A stretch of 24,000 bases of DNA from Acidimicrobiales bacterium (GTDB lineage: Bacteria > Actinomycetota > Acidimicrobiia > Acidimicrobiales > UBA8190): the NCBI GenBank assembly GCA_035531755.1, contig DATKSK010000065.1, forward strand, positions 35,211-59,210, read 5' to 3'. This document shows positions 1-6,931 of the stretch, one piece after another (positions within the stretch are counted from its first letter, which is position 1; each line of letters begins with the position of its first letter). The notes below the pieces were generated by a model that was not told the origin of the DNA, ran no database searches, and was given only the letters and a program-made list of their open reading frames with translations. The position numbers and the translations under genes are program-made.

Positions 1-1068
1 TACACCCGCCAGGACCTCGACTTCTACTACGCGCTGGCCGACGCCTTCACCCTGTGCGACGGCTACCACTGCTCGGTGATGGGCCCCACGCACCCGAACC
101 GCCTCCACGCCGTGTCGGGGACGCTCGGGCCCGACGGGCACGAGGGCGGCCCCGTCCTGTTCACCAACAGCGCCGACAGCGCGCAGTTCAGCGTGTCGTG
201 GCCCACCATCCCCGAGCGGCTCCAGGCGGCGGGCGTCTCGTGGAAGACCTACAACGGCAAGGGGGCCGCCTACCGCCCGGACAGCGGTGTCGAGATGGCG
301 GTGTCGGACAACATCCTCCTGTACTTCTCCCAGTACAAGGACCCCTCGTCCGAGCTCTTCCGCCGGGCCTTCAACCCCCTCTACCCCGACGACTTCCGGC
401 GCGACGTCGCCGGCGACACGCTCCCCCAGGTGTCCTGGATCATGCCGACCGTGGGACTCGACGAGCACCCCCCGTCCCCGCCGGCGGTGGGGATGGCCTT
501 CACCCACGGGGTGCTGCGCACGCTCGTCTCCAACCCCACGGTGTGGTCCAAGACGGTGCTGTTCGTCATGTACGACGAGAACGACGGGTTCTTCGACCAC
601 GTGGCGCCGCCGACGCCCCCGCCCGGGACCCCGGGCGAGTACCTCACCGTCGACCCGCTGCCCTCCCAGGCCCACGGGATCGCCGGGCCCGTGGGCCTCG
701 GGTTCCGCGTCCCCATGCTGGTGCTGTCGCCCTTCAGCCGCGGTGGCTACGTGTGCTCCGACACCTTCGACCACACCTCGCAGATGCGCTTCCTCGAGAC
801 CCGCTTCGGCGTCCACGCCCCCAACATCTCGGCCTGGCGCCGCTCGGTGACCGGGGACCTCACCTCCACGCTCCACGTGTCGACACCCGACCGGTCGGTG
901 CCGACGCTGCCCGCCACGCCCGGAAGAGACGATCCCCGGGTCTCGAGGGAGTGCCTGCTCCAACAGCTCAGCGAGCTCGACGTCAACGACCCGGCGCCGT
1001 ACCCGGTGCCGAGCATCCAGCAGATGCCCATCCAGGAGTCCGGCAACCCCAAGCGCCTCCCCCGGTAG
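1..1068 (+). CDS. Phosphoesterase-family phospholipase C / acid phosphatase, 5' end cut by the window edge
   Basis: Frame 1 is open from nt 1, upstream of the listed 76..1068 ORF. YTRQDLDFYYALADAFTLCDGYHCSVMGPTHPNR, VLFVMYDENDGFFDHV, GLGFRVPMLVLSPFSRGG and TSQMRFLETRFG are motifs I associate with non-haemolytic PLC/AcpA phosphoesterases. TAG stop at 1066-1068. Third positions are strongly G/C biased. The protein ends soon after the catalytic domain. Confidence 0.85.
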   Translation, partial: YTRQDLDFYYALADAFTLCDGYHCSVMGPTHPNRLHAVSGTLGPDGHEGGPVLFTNSADSAQFSVSWPTIPERLQAAGVSWKTYNGKGAAYRPDSGVEMAVSDNILLYFSQYKDPSSELFRRAFNPLYPDDFRRDVAGDTLPQVSWIMPTVGLDEHPPSPPAVGMAFTHGVLRTLVSNPTVWSKTVLFVMYDENDGFFDHVAPPTPPPGTPGEYLTVDPLPSQAHGIAGPVGLGFRVPMLVLSPFSRGGYVCSDTFDHTSQMRFLETRFGVHAPNISAWRRSVTGDLTSTLHVSTPDRSVPTLPATPGRDDPRVSRECLLQQLSELDVNDPAPYPVPSIQQMPIQESGNPKRLPR

Positions 1069-1088
1069 AACCGGCGGGCGCAGCGCCG

Positions 1089-1123
1089 CCGCGGCCGATC
1101 CGGCGCCGCCCCGGTGGCCGCGG
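1089..1123. terminator. Candidate bidirectional hairpin between convergent genes
   Basis: ccgcggcc (1089-1096) pairs perfectly with ggccgcgg (1116-1123), with a 19-nt loop. It lies in the 76-nt spacer between the PLC stop (1068) and the permease stop (1145). There is no U-tract, and GC hairpins are common at this composition. Confidence 0.25.
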
Positions 1124-1144
1124 TCACAGCAGCACGGCCACGGG

Positions 1145-2302
1145 TCAGACGAGCACGCGGCGCAGCCGAACGGTGGCGAGCGCCAGCAGGCCGGCGGCGA
1201 ACAGCGCCAGCACGCCCAACTGGGGGGCGATCGTGACCACGGTGCCGCCCCGTGCCAGCAGGGTGGTCCAGGCGTCGACCGCCCAGGCGTGCGGCGTGAT
1301 GTGGCCCACCGTGCGCATGGCGCTGCTCACGATGGCGAGCGGCCACATGCATCCCCCGAGCATCCCCAGAGCGATGCCGGACGCCGGGCCGATGGCGGTG
1401 GCCTGCTCGGGGGTGCGGAACAGCGTGCCCGCCACCATGCCCGCGCCCGCCCCCACCAGCGCCCACACGAGGACGAGGGCGGCCGCGCCCAGCGGGTTGC
1501 CCCACGACACCCCGAAGGCCACAGCCCCGACGATGACGATGAGCAGGGCCTGGACGAGGGCGATCGTCACGTAGGTGAGCGCCTCCCCGACGATGATGGT
1601 GCGGGCGCGGATGGGCGCGGTGGCCATCCGCTCGTACATCCCCAGCCGGCGCGTCTCGATGATGGCCGCCCCGCCCGCCAGGGCGGTGATGAACACGAAC
1701 AGCACGAGCTCGGTGGGGGCGCTGTAGCTGAAGCCCTCGGGGAGCACGCTGCGGCTCGACTGCGCCTGCACGGCGTGCACGACGACGCGTGCCACCCCGG
1801 GCTCCACGCGTGCGGCCCGGGAGAGGTTCCGGGCCACGCTCCCGGAGCCGATCTCGGAGGCGAAGCGGGCGGCCTGGAGCAGGCTGCCCTGGTGGGTCAC
1901 GACCGACGACACCGCCGTCACGGCGGCCTGCTGGGTGCTGTTGGCCTGCTCGGCGAGCACCGGGACCTCCACGATCCCACCGCCGCGCGTGACGGCGTCC
2001 ATCGCCTTGGGCAGGAGCACCCCCACGCTCACCTCGGAACGCGCCACCGCCTTGGTGAGCGCAGGGACCGAGGTGTAGCGCGTCACGGCGAGGTCCCCGG
2101 CGCGGTCGAGCGCGGCGGTGAGCTGCTGCCCGGCCTGTCCGGCACCGAGGTCGACGACACCCACCCGGAAGGTGGCGAATCCCCGGACGCTGGCACCCAC
2201 GATGACGATGACGATGACGGGGAGCACGAGGATGAAGAACAGCGCGGTGCGGTCCCGCACGATCCTGCGGACCGACGCCCGGGTGATGGCGAGCACCGTC
2301 AT
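1145..2302 (-). CDS. ABC-2 type transporter permease (second permease of the operon)
   Basis: 385 aa. The N-terminus MTVLAITRASVRRIVRDRTALFFILVLPVIVIVIVG forms TM1. A soluble loop of about 150 aa follows, then a cluster of hydrophobic helices at the C-terminus, which is the typical ABC-2 membrane-protein layout. ATG at 2302, TGA at 1145-1147. It starts 31 nt downstream of the preceding permease. Confidence 0.8.
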   Translation of the reverse strand: MTVLAITRASVRRIVRDRTALFFILVLPVIVIVIVGASVRGFATFRVGVVDLGAGQAGQQLTAALDRAGDLAVTRYTSVPALTKAVARSEVSVGVLLPKAMDAVTRGGGIVEVPVLAEQANSTQQAAVTAVSSVVTHQGSLLQAARFASEIGSGSVARNLSRAARVEPGVARVVVHAVQAQSSRSVLPEGFSYSAPTELVLFVFITALAGGAAIIETRRLGMYERMATAPIRARTIIVGEALTYVTIALVQALLIVIVGAVAFGVSWGNPLGAAALVLVWALVGAGAGMVAGTLFRTPEQATAIGPASGIALGMLGGCMWPLAIVSSAMRTVGHITPHAWAVDAWTTLLARGGTVVTIAPQLGVLALFAAGLLALATVRLRRVLV

Positions 2303-2333
2303 GACGGCCCGGGCCGCGCCGCCGGAGAGGAGG

Positions 2334-3503
2334 TCATGCCGTCACCGCCCGCGGCGCCAACACGACGGCCGCGGTCCCGACCACGGCGCTGAACACCAGG
2401 ATGGCGGCCACCGGCATGGCCACGGTACCGAGCCCGCCCCCGATCGTCGCCAGGTCGGTGAAGCCCCGCATGGCCCATCCGTTGGGCGTGAGCAACGCCA
2501 GGTGCCGCATGATGGGCGGGGCCGCCGAGATGAAGATGAAGTTCCCGCCGAGCAGGGCGAGCCCGAAGACCACGATCGACGAGATCCCCTCGGCCTGGCG
2601 CGGCGTGCGCGAGATCCCGATCACGAGCGCCGTCACGCACACCACGGCGATCACGAGGGCGAGGCCCAGGATCCCGGCCGCCAGGGGGCTCCCCCAGTCG
2701 GCGCCGAACGCCGCCGACGTGATCACGGCGATCGTGCCCAGGCTGAGGATCCCGTAGACGAACACCGACAGCGCCTTGCCGGCCAGGATCTCGATCGGCC
2801 GGACCGGCGCGGCCCGCATGCGCTCGATCATGCCCTGGGTGCGGTCGACGAAGAAGCTGCGCGAGGTGAAGCTCACAGTGAACAGCAGGAAGAAGATGGC
2901 CATCCCGGGGCTGTAGTAGCTGACGGTCTTGAGCTGGTGCGCGCCCACAGGGCGCTGCACCGCCTGCTCGGGGATCCGCAGCCGGCCGGCGAGGGCCGCC
3001 AGATGGGCGACCTCCGTCGGCGGTGCGCCGGCGGCGAGCGCGGTGGCCACCGACAACCGGTCCGCGTTGAGTTGGGCCACGAGCGACGAGGCGATGGACG
3101 CGGTGATGCTTCCGGACACGGTGTCGTCGACACTCGTGACGGCGGTGAGCGGGAGCGGGTGGGCCCCCGACACGGACGCCGACAGGCCGGCGGGGATCAC
3201 CAGGGCGGCCGCCACCTTCCTGTGGCGCACGGCGGCGGCCGCAGCGGCGCGCGAGTCGATCGGCGTGACCGTGATGATCTGGCGGAGACCCGGATCGTGC
3301 AACGCGCGGATGAGGCCGTTCGCCACCGGGCCGTGGTCGGCGTCGACCAGGCCCAACGTGAAGTGGAAGCTCTCGGTGCCCTTGAAGGCCAGGCTCATGA
3401 TCGCCGCGATGCCGAGTGGCGCCACCAGCCCGATCACGATGGCCGACCGGTCCCGTACCCGCTGGCGCAGGTCCTTGCGGGCGATGACGAGGGCGGTGCG
3501 CAT
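2334..3503 (-). CDS. ABC-2 type transporter permease (first permease of the operon)
   Basis: 389 aa. MRTALVIARKDLRQRVRDRSAIVIGLVAPLGIAAIMSLAF forms TM1, followed by a long loop and C-terminal helices, the same architecture as its paralogous neighbour. ATG at 3503 lies 10 nt after the ATPase stop. TGA at 2334-2336. Confidence 0.8.
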   Translation of the reverse strand: MRTALVIARKDLRQRVRDRSAIVIGLVAPLGIAAIMSLAFKGTESFHFTLGLVDADHGPVANGLIRALHDPGLRQIITVTPIDSRAAAAAAVRHRKVAAALVIPAGLSASVSGAHPLPLTAVTSVDDTVSGSITASIASSLVAQLNADRLSVATALAAGAPPTEVAHLAALAGRLRIPEQAVQRPVGAHQLKTVSYYSPGMAIFFLLFTVSFTSRSFFVDRTQGMIERMRAAPVRPIEILAGKALSVFVYGILSLGTIAVITSAAFGADWGSPLAAGILGLALVIAVVCVTALVIGISRTPRQAEGISSIVVFGLALLGGNFIFISAAPPIMRHLALLTPNGWAMRGFTDLATIGGGLGTVAMPVAAILVFSAVVGTAAVVLAPRAVTA

Positions 3504-3513
3504 CAGGGCGCCC

Positions 3514-4461
3514 TCACTCGCGCAGGGCGGTGCCGGTGAGATGGAGGAAGACCGCCTCGAGGTCGGGCTCCACCACGTCCACGCTGTTGACCGTGCTGCC
3601 GGCGTGCTCGGCCGCCTCGAGCACGGCGGGGAGGACCCGGCGGCCCTCGGTCGCCAGGAGGTGCACGGCGTGGTCGGCGGTGGCAGCCTCGTCGACTCCG
3701 GGCACGGCGCGGCACGCCGCCGCCAGGCGCTCCAGGTCCCCGGTGGCGCCGAGCTCGATGCGGTCCCGCTCGCCGAGCTGGGCGACGAGCTCGCGTCGCG
3801 TCCCCTCGGCGGCCAGGCGCCCGCGGTCGATGATGCCGACCCGGTCGCAGACGCGTTCGGCCTCCTCCATGTAGTGCGTGGTGTAGAGCACGGCCATGCC
3901 CGTGCGGCCGAAGGCCTGCACCCGCTCCAGGATGGCGTGGCGGCTCTGGGGGTCGACGCCGACGGTGGGCTCGTCGAGGACGAGCAGCTTGGGATGGTGC
4001 AGCAGGCCGGCCGCGATGTTGAGCCGGCGCTTCATCCCGCCCGAGAAGGAGTCGACCCGGTCTCCGGCTCGATCGGTGAGGTCGGTGAGCTCGAGCGCCT
4101 CGCCCACGCGCTCGCCGAGGAGCGCGCCGCGCAGCTTGTAGAGGCGGCCCAGGAAGGCAAGGTTCTCGTGGGCTGTGAGGTCCGGGTAGAGCGCGACGTC
4201 CTGGGGCACGTAGCCGATGAGGCTCTTCACCGAGAGGTCGTCCGCCGCCGGGCGCCCGTCGACGGTGATGGTCCCCCGGTCGGGCCGGAGCAGGCCGCAC
4301 ACCATCTTGATGGTGGTCGTCTTGCCGGCGCCGTTGGGGCCGAGGAGCCCGTAGATCTCGCCCGCTTCGATGGCGAAGCTGACGTCGTCGACGGCCAGCC
4401 GGTCGCCGAAGCTCCGCGTGAGGCCGGCGCAGTGCAGCAGGGGCGCGACCGCCGCGCTCAC
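3514..4461 (-). CDS. ABC transporter ATP-binding protein (DrrA/CcmA-like, with C-terminal accessory domain)
   Basis: Walker A GLLGPNGAGKTT, signature FSGGMKRRLNIA, Walker B LLVLDEPTVGVD and H-loop YTTHYMEE are present, plus about 100 aa of C-terminal extension. I place the start at GTG 4461-4459 (VSAAVAPLLHCAGLTRSFG). The upstream part of the 449-aa ORF is Arg/Pro-rich and overlaps the DUF1876 gene in another frame. The GTG overlaps the upstream TGA (GTGA at 4458-4461). Confidence 0.85.
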   Translation of the reverse strand: MSAAVAPLLHCAGLTRSFGDRLAVDDVSFAIEAGEIYGLLGPNGAGKTTTIKMVCGLLRPDRGTITVDGRPAADDLSVKSLIGYVPQDVALYPDLTAHENLAFLGRLYKLRGALLGERVGEALELTDLTDRAGDRVDSFSGGMKRRLNIAAGLLHHPKLLVLDEPTVGVDPQSRHAILERVQAFGRTGMAVLYTTHYMEEAERVCDRVGIIDRGRLAAEGTRRELVAQLGERDRIELGATGDLERLAAACRAVPGVDEAATADHAVHLLATEGRRVLPAVLEAAEHAGSTVNSVDVVEPDLEAVFLHLTGTALRE

Positions 4462-4718
4462 GTCTCCGGACGAGCGGGGCCGACCTCGCGATCGCTGATG
4501 AGCTGAGCGGCGCCCTCCACCAACGCGTGCGCCAGCTCGGACAGGGCGCGTGCGGCGGCGAGCTCCTCCCCCACCATGGGCACGTCGGGGTCTGCGGGAT
4601 TGCGCCGGGCCCGCCCCCACCCGGTGAAGGTCGCGCCTCGCAGGAGGAGGGACGCCCGGGCCTCGGTGTGGTCGCCGTCCTCGGTGAAGGTGATCTCGAT
4701 CTCGGACGTCTCGATCAT
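4458..4718 (-). CDS. DUF1876 family protein (Rv1738/Rv2632c-like small conserved protein)
   Basis: 86 aa: MIETSEIEITFTEDGDHTEARASLLLRG..GWGRARRNPADPDVPMVGEELAAARALSELAHAL. The beta-hairpin start and the ARxNPADxxVPxxGxELAxARAL core match my recollection of the DUF1876 family. AGGAGG lies 5 nt upstream of ATG 4718. Its stop overlaps the ATPase start. Confidence 0.7.
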   Translation of the reverse strand: MIETSEIEITFTEDGDHTEARASLLLRGATFTGWGRARRNPADPDVPMVGEELAAARALSELAHALVEGAAQLISDREVGPARPET

Positions 4719-4874
4719 CCCCGGCCTCCTGTCGTCGGGCCCAGGCTACGCCCGAACGCGGCCCGTCCCGGTTGGCCGATTGTTGAGGCGGCATAGAGGG
4801 TCCGGTGAGCAAGGCCTGCGAGGGTGGACCGTCGGGCGGCGCCGGGGGGCGGCGGCCGGTCAACAGGGGGGCGC

Positions 4875-5516
4875 ATGTCCATCGTCGACGACACCCACAC
4901 CGTGGGGCACAACGGACGTGACGAACGGCTGTGGCGGACGGCCGCCCCGTCGCCGCTCACCGTCGTGCCCACGGGCGCGCCGGCGGGGCCCCGGGCCCGG
5001 CGGGCGACGGAGCCGCAGGTGTTCGACCCCGCGGCGCGTGGCGAGGACCTGTGGAAGTCCCGGATCGACCTGGTCCTGTCGGCGGGCCTGTCGGGGGACG
5101 CCGCCCGCAGCGCCCGCCACAACGCCCTGCGGGCGCAGGCGGAGGCCTCCTTCGACGCCTTCCGCACCCAGTGCCACGGTGAGCTGCGCCCCGTGCTGGA
5201 GTCGAGCGCGGCGATGCTCCGGGAATGGGGCCTCGAGGCCCGTGTGACCGAGACCCTGCGCGACCAGCCCGCCCGGGTGCCGCGGAGCTTCGACCTCGCC
5301 CTGTGGCTCGACCGGTTCGGCGGCCGCGGGCCCGGCCGGCTGACGATCACGGCCACCGAGGCGTGCGAGTTCGTCCGGGTCAAGCTGAAGGTGGGTCCCA
5401 CCACGACCGGCGGCGAGGTCAGCGAGCACGTCGGCACGACCATCGCCCGGGACCTGTCCGACGCCCTGGTGGGCGGCCTGGTGGCGACGCTCGTGGAGCA
5501 GATCTTCAGCGAGTGA
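4875..5516 (+). CDS. Hypothetical protein, no recognisable domain
   Basis: Third positions are almost all G/C across the ORF, which argues for real coding. The composition is balanced and not Arg/Pro dominated (DLWKSRIDLVLSAGL, FDAFRTQCHGELRPVLESSAAMLREWGLEARVTE, LTITATEACEFVRVKLKV). I chose the ATG at 4875, preceded by GGGGGG. The track's GTG at 4824 has no spacing for an SD. The last 11 nt overlap the convergent esterase gene. Confidence 0.55.
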   Translation: MSIVDDTHTVGHNGRDERLWRTAAPSPLTVVPTGAPAGPRARRATEPQVFDPAARGEDLWKSRIDLVLSAGLSGDAARSARHNALRAQAEASFDAFRTQCHGELRPVLESSAAMLREWGLEARVTETLRDQPARVPRSFDLALWLDRFGGRGPGRLTITATEACEFVRVKLKVGPTTTGGEVSEHVGTTIARDLSDALVGGLVATLVEQIFSE

Positions 5517-6537
5517 CGGGCGACAGGCGCTCGGCCAGGAAGGCGAGCGACTTCGGGTAGCGCCAGCTGACGCCGCCGTGGGTGGCGTCGAACAACTCGA
5601 AGCGCACGTCGGTCACCCCCACGCCCGCCAAGGCGTCCCGCACGGCCACGGCGCCCAGGTCCAGGTACCACTCGTCACGCGTGCCGGCGTCGATCCACAC
5701 CGCCCGCAGGGCGCGCAGCGCGTCGGCGTGCCGGGGCACCATCCGCACCGGGTCCCACGCCAGCCAGCGATCCCAGACCTGCGGGCGCAGCATCCCGGTG
5801 GCGGGGTCGAACGGGAGCACGGGTGTGCCGTCCTCTTCGGCGGAGAAGCACGCCGACACGCCGAGCAGCATCAGCAGCGTGTGGTCCTCCGACCTCGTGA
5901 ACGGGGGACGCGCCCTGAAGTCGTCCCACCAGCGGCCGATGTCGCCGTCCCAGGCCCGCAGGGCGCGCACCGCCTTCGGGAACTCGGGGATGTAGCAGCA
6001 CTCGTACAGCGCGTCCCCGGAGTGAGAGGCGAGCCCGCCGAAGAGGTCGGGACGCAGCATCGGTGTGATCATCGCCCCGAACCCCCCGCTCGACTTGCCC
6101 TGGATGCCGCGATGGGCGGCGGCGTCGAGCGTGCGATAGCGGGCGTCGACGAAGGGGACCACGTCCTCGCAGAGGTAGGTGTGGTAGTTGCCCGTCCCCG
6201 GTGAGTCGACGAATTGGGACCCGCCGTAGGCGGTCCAGGCGTCGACCCACACCACGATGCACGGCGGCGCCTGGCCGGAGGCGAACAGCGCGTCGGCCTC
6301 CTCCGGGAACGGCCGGCGGAACGGGTCGCGATTGGCCCACATGGCCACGTGGCCGGTGTAACCCTGGATGACGTAGACCGACGGCAGGCGGGCGTCGCCG
6401 TCGTCGTACCCCGGGGGGACGTACACCCACAGGGGCCGCTCCACGGCGTCGCCGAGCGGGTTGCCGCGCAGCGCCGTCGAGGTCACGACGTGCTCGTCCA
6501 TGCGGCCCGCCAGCTGACCGCGCCATGGCAGCGACAC
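5506..6537 (-). CDS. Alpha/beta-hydrolase esterase (esterase D / enterochelin-esterase-like 'putative esterase' family)
   Basis: LWVYVPPGYDDGDARLPSVYVIQGYTGH, the nucleophile elbow GKSSGGFGA, later HSGD and a C-terminal DATHGG give a plausible Ser/Asp/His triad. The start is uncertain. GTG 6537 is preceded by GGAGGAGG (6542-6549 on the minus strand). The alternatives are ATG 6501 (MDEHVV) and ATG 6594. TGA at 5506-5508. Confidence 0.75.
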   Translation of the reverse strand: MSLPWRGQLAGRMDEHVVTSTALRGNPLGDAVERPLWVYVPPGYDDGDARLPSVYVIQGYTGHVAMWANRDPFRRPFPEEADALFASGQAPPCIVVWVDAWTAYGGSQFVDSPGTGNYHTYLCEDVVPFVDARYRTLDAAAHRGIQGKSSGGFGAMITPMLRPDLFGGLASHSGDALYECCYIPEFPKAVRALRAWDGDIGRWWDDFRARPPFTRSEDHTLLMLLGVSACFSAEEDGTPVLPFDPATGMLRPQVWDRWLAWDPVRMVPRHADALRALRAVWIDAGTRDEWYLDLGAVAVRDALAGVGVTDVRFELFDATHGGVSWRYPKSLAFLAERLSPVTR

Positions 6538-6693
6538 CACGCCTCCTCCGAGAGCACCGGGCCGACGCGGCACGGGGCCGGCCCAGGATGGCATGCCGTC
6601 GCCGACAGTGTCCGGCGTCGAGTCGGACAGTCGCGACGTCGGGCGGCGGGCGCCCCGGTCGGGCTGTCGCGACCTGGGCCACCCCGCCCGGGA

Positions 6694-6921
6694 TCAGGGC
6701 CCGATCTCGGCCACTGGGTCCCCGACCTGGTACGTCTCGCCCTCCCGCGCCGTCAGTCGCACCCGCCCCGCCACCGGCGCGTCGACCTCGTTGGTGACCT
6801 TGTCCGTCTCCATCTCGTAGAGGGCCTGGCCCTTGGCGACGACGGCCCCGTCGTCGACCAGCCAGCGCGCCAGGACCGCCTCGGTCATCTCCATGCCGAT
6901 CTTGGGCAGGCGCAGCAGCAC
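6694..6921 (-). CDS. Free-standing lipoyl (biotinyl/lipoyl attachment) domain protein, 75 aa
   Basis: LLRLPKIGMEMTEAVLARWLVDDGAVVAKGQALYEMETDKVTNEVDAPVAGRV is a complete lipoyl-domain pattern with the modifiable Lys in the METDK turn. The ORF ends right after the domain. GTG start at 6921, 10 nt after the E1 stop. Confidence 0.8.
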   Translation of the reverse strand: MLLRLPKIGMEMTEAVLARWLVDDGAVVAKGQALYEMETDKVTNEVDAPVAGRVRLTAREGETYQVGDPVAEIGP

Positions 6922-6931
6922 GGCCGGGCGC

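Noticed and set aside
2321-2392. Plus-strand GGAGAGGAGG followed by ATG (2336), which looks like a ribosome-binding site and start
   Set aside because: The ORF is only 18 codons of Pro/Arg-rich sequence, antisense to the permease 3' end. The motif is more simply the complement of a CU-rich stretch in the minus-strand inter-permease spacer.
4462-4863. N-terminal 134-codon extension of the ABC ATPase ORF (track start 4863)
   Set aside because: The extension is Arg/Pro/Gly-rich and overlaps the well-supported DUF1876 gene in another frame. ABC ATPases normally start about 20-30 aa before Walker A, which fits the GTG at 4461.
6538-6693. Small RNA, terminator, or remnant of an E2 catalytic domain in the spacer between the lipoyl gene and the esterase
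   Set aside because: There are several short GC stems, but none stands out from what this composition yields by chance. No frame shows E2-core-like sequence, and 156 nt is far too short for one. It is left unannotated.
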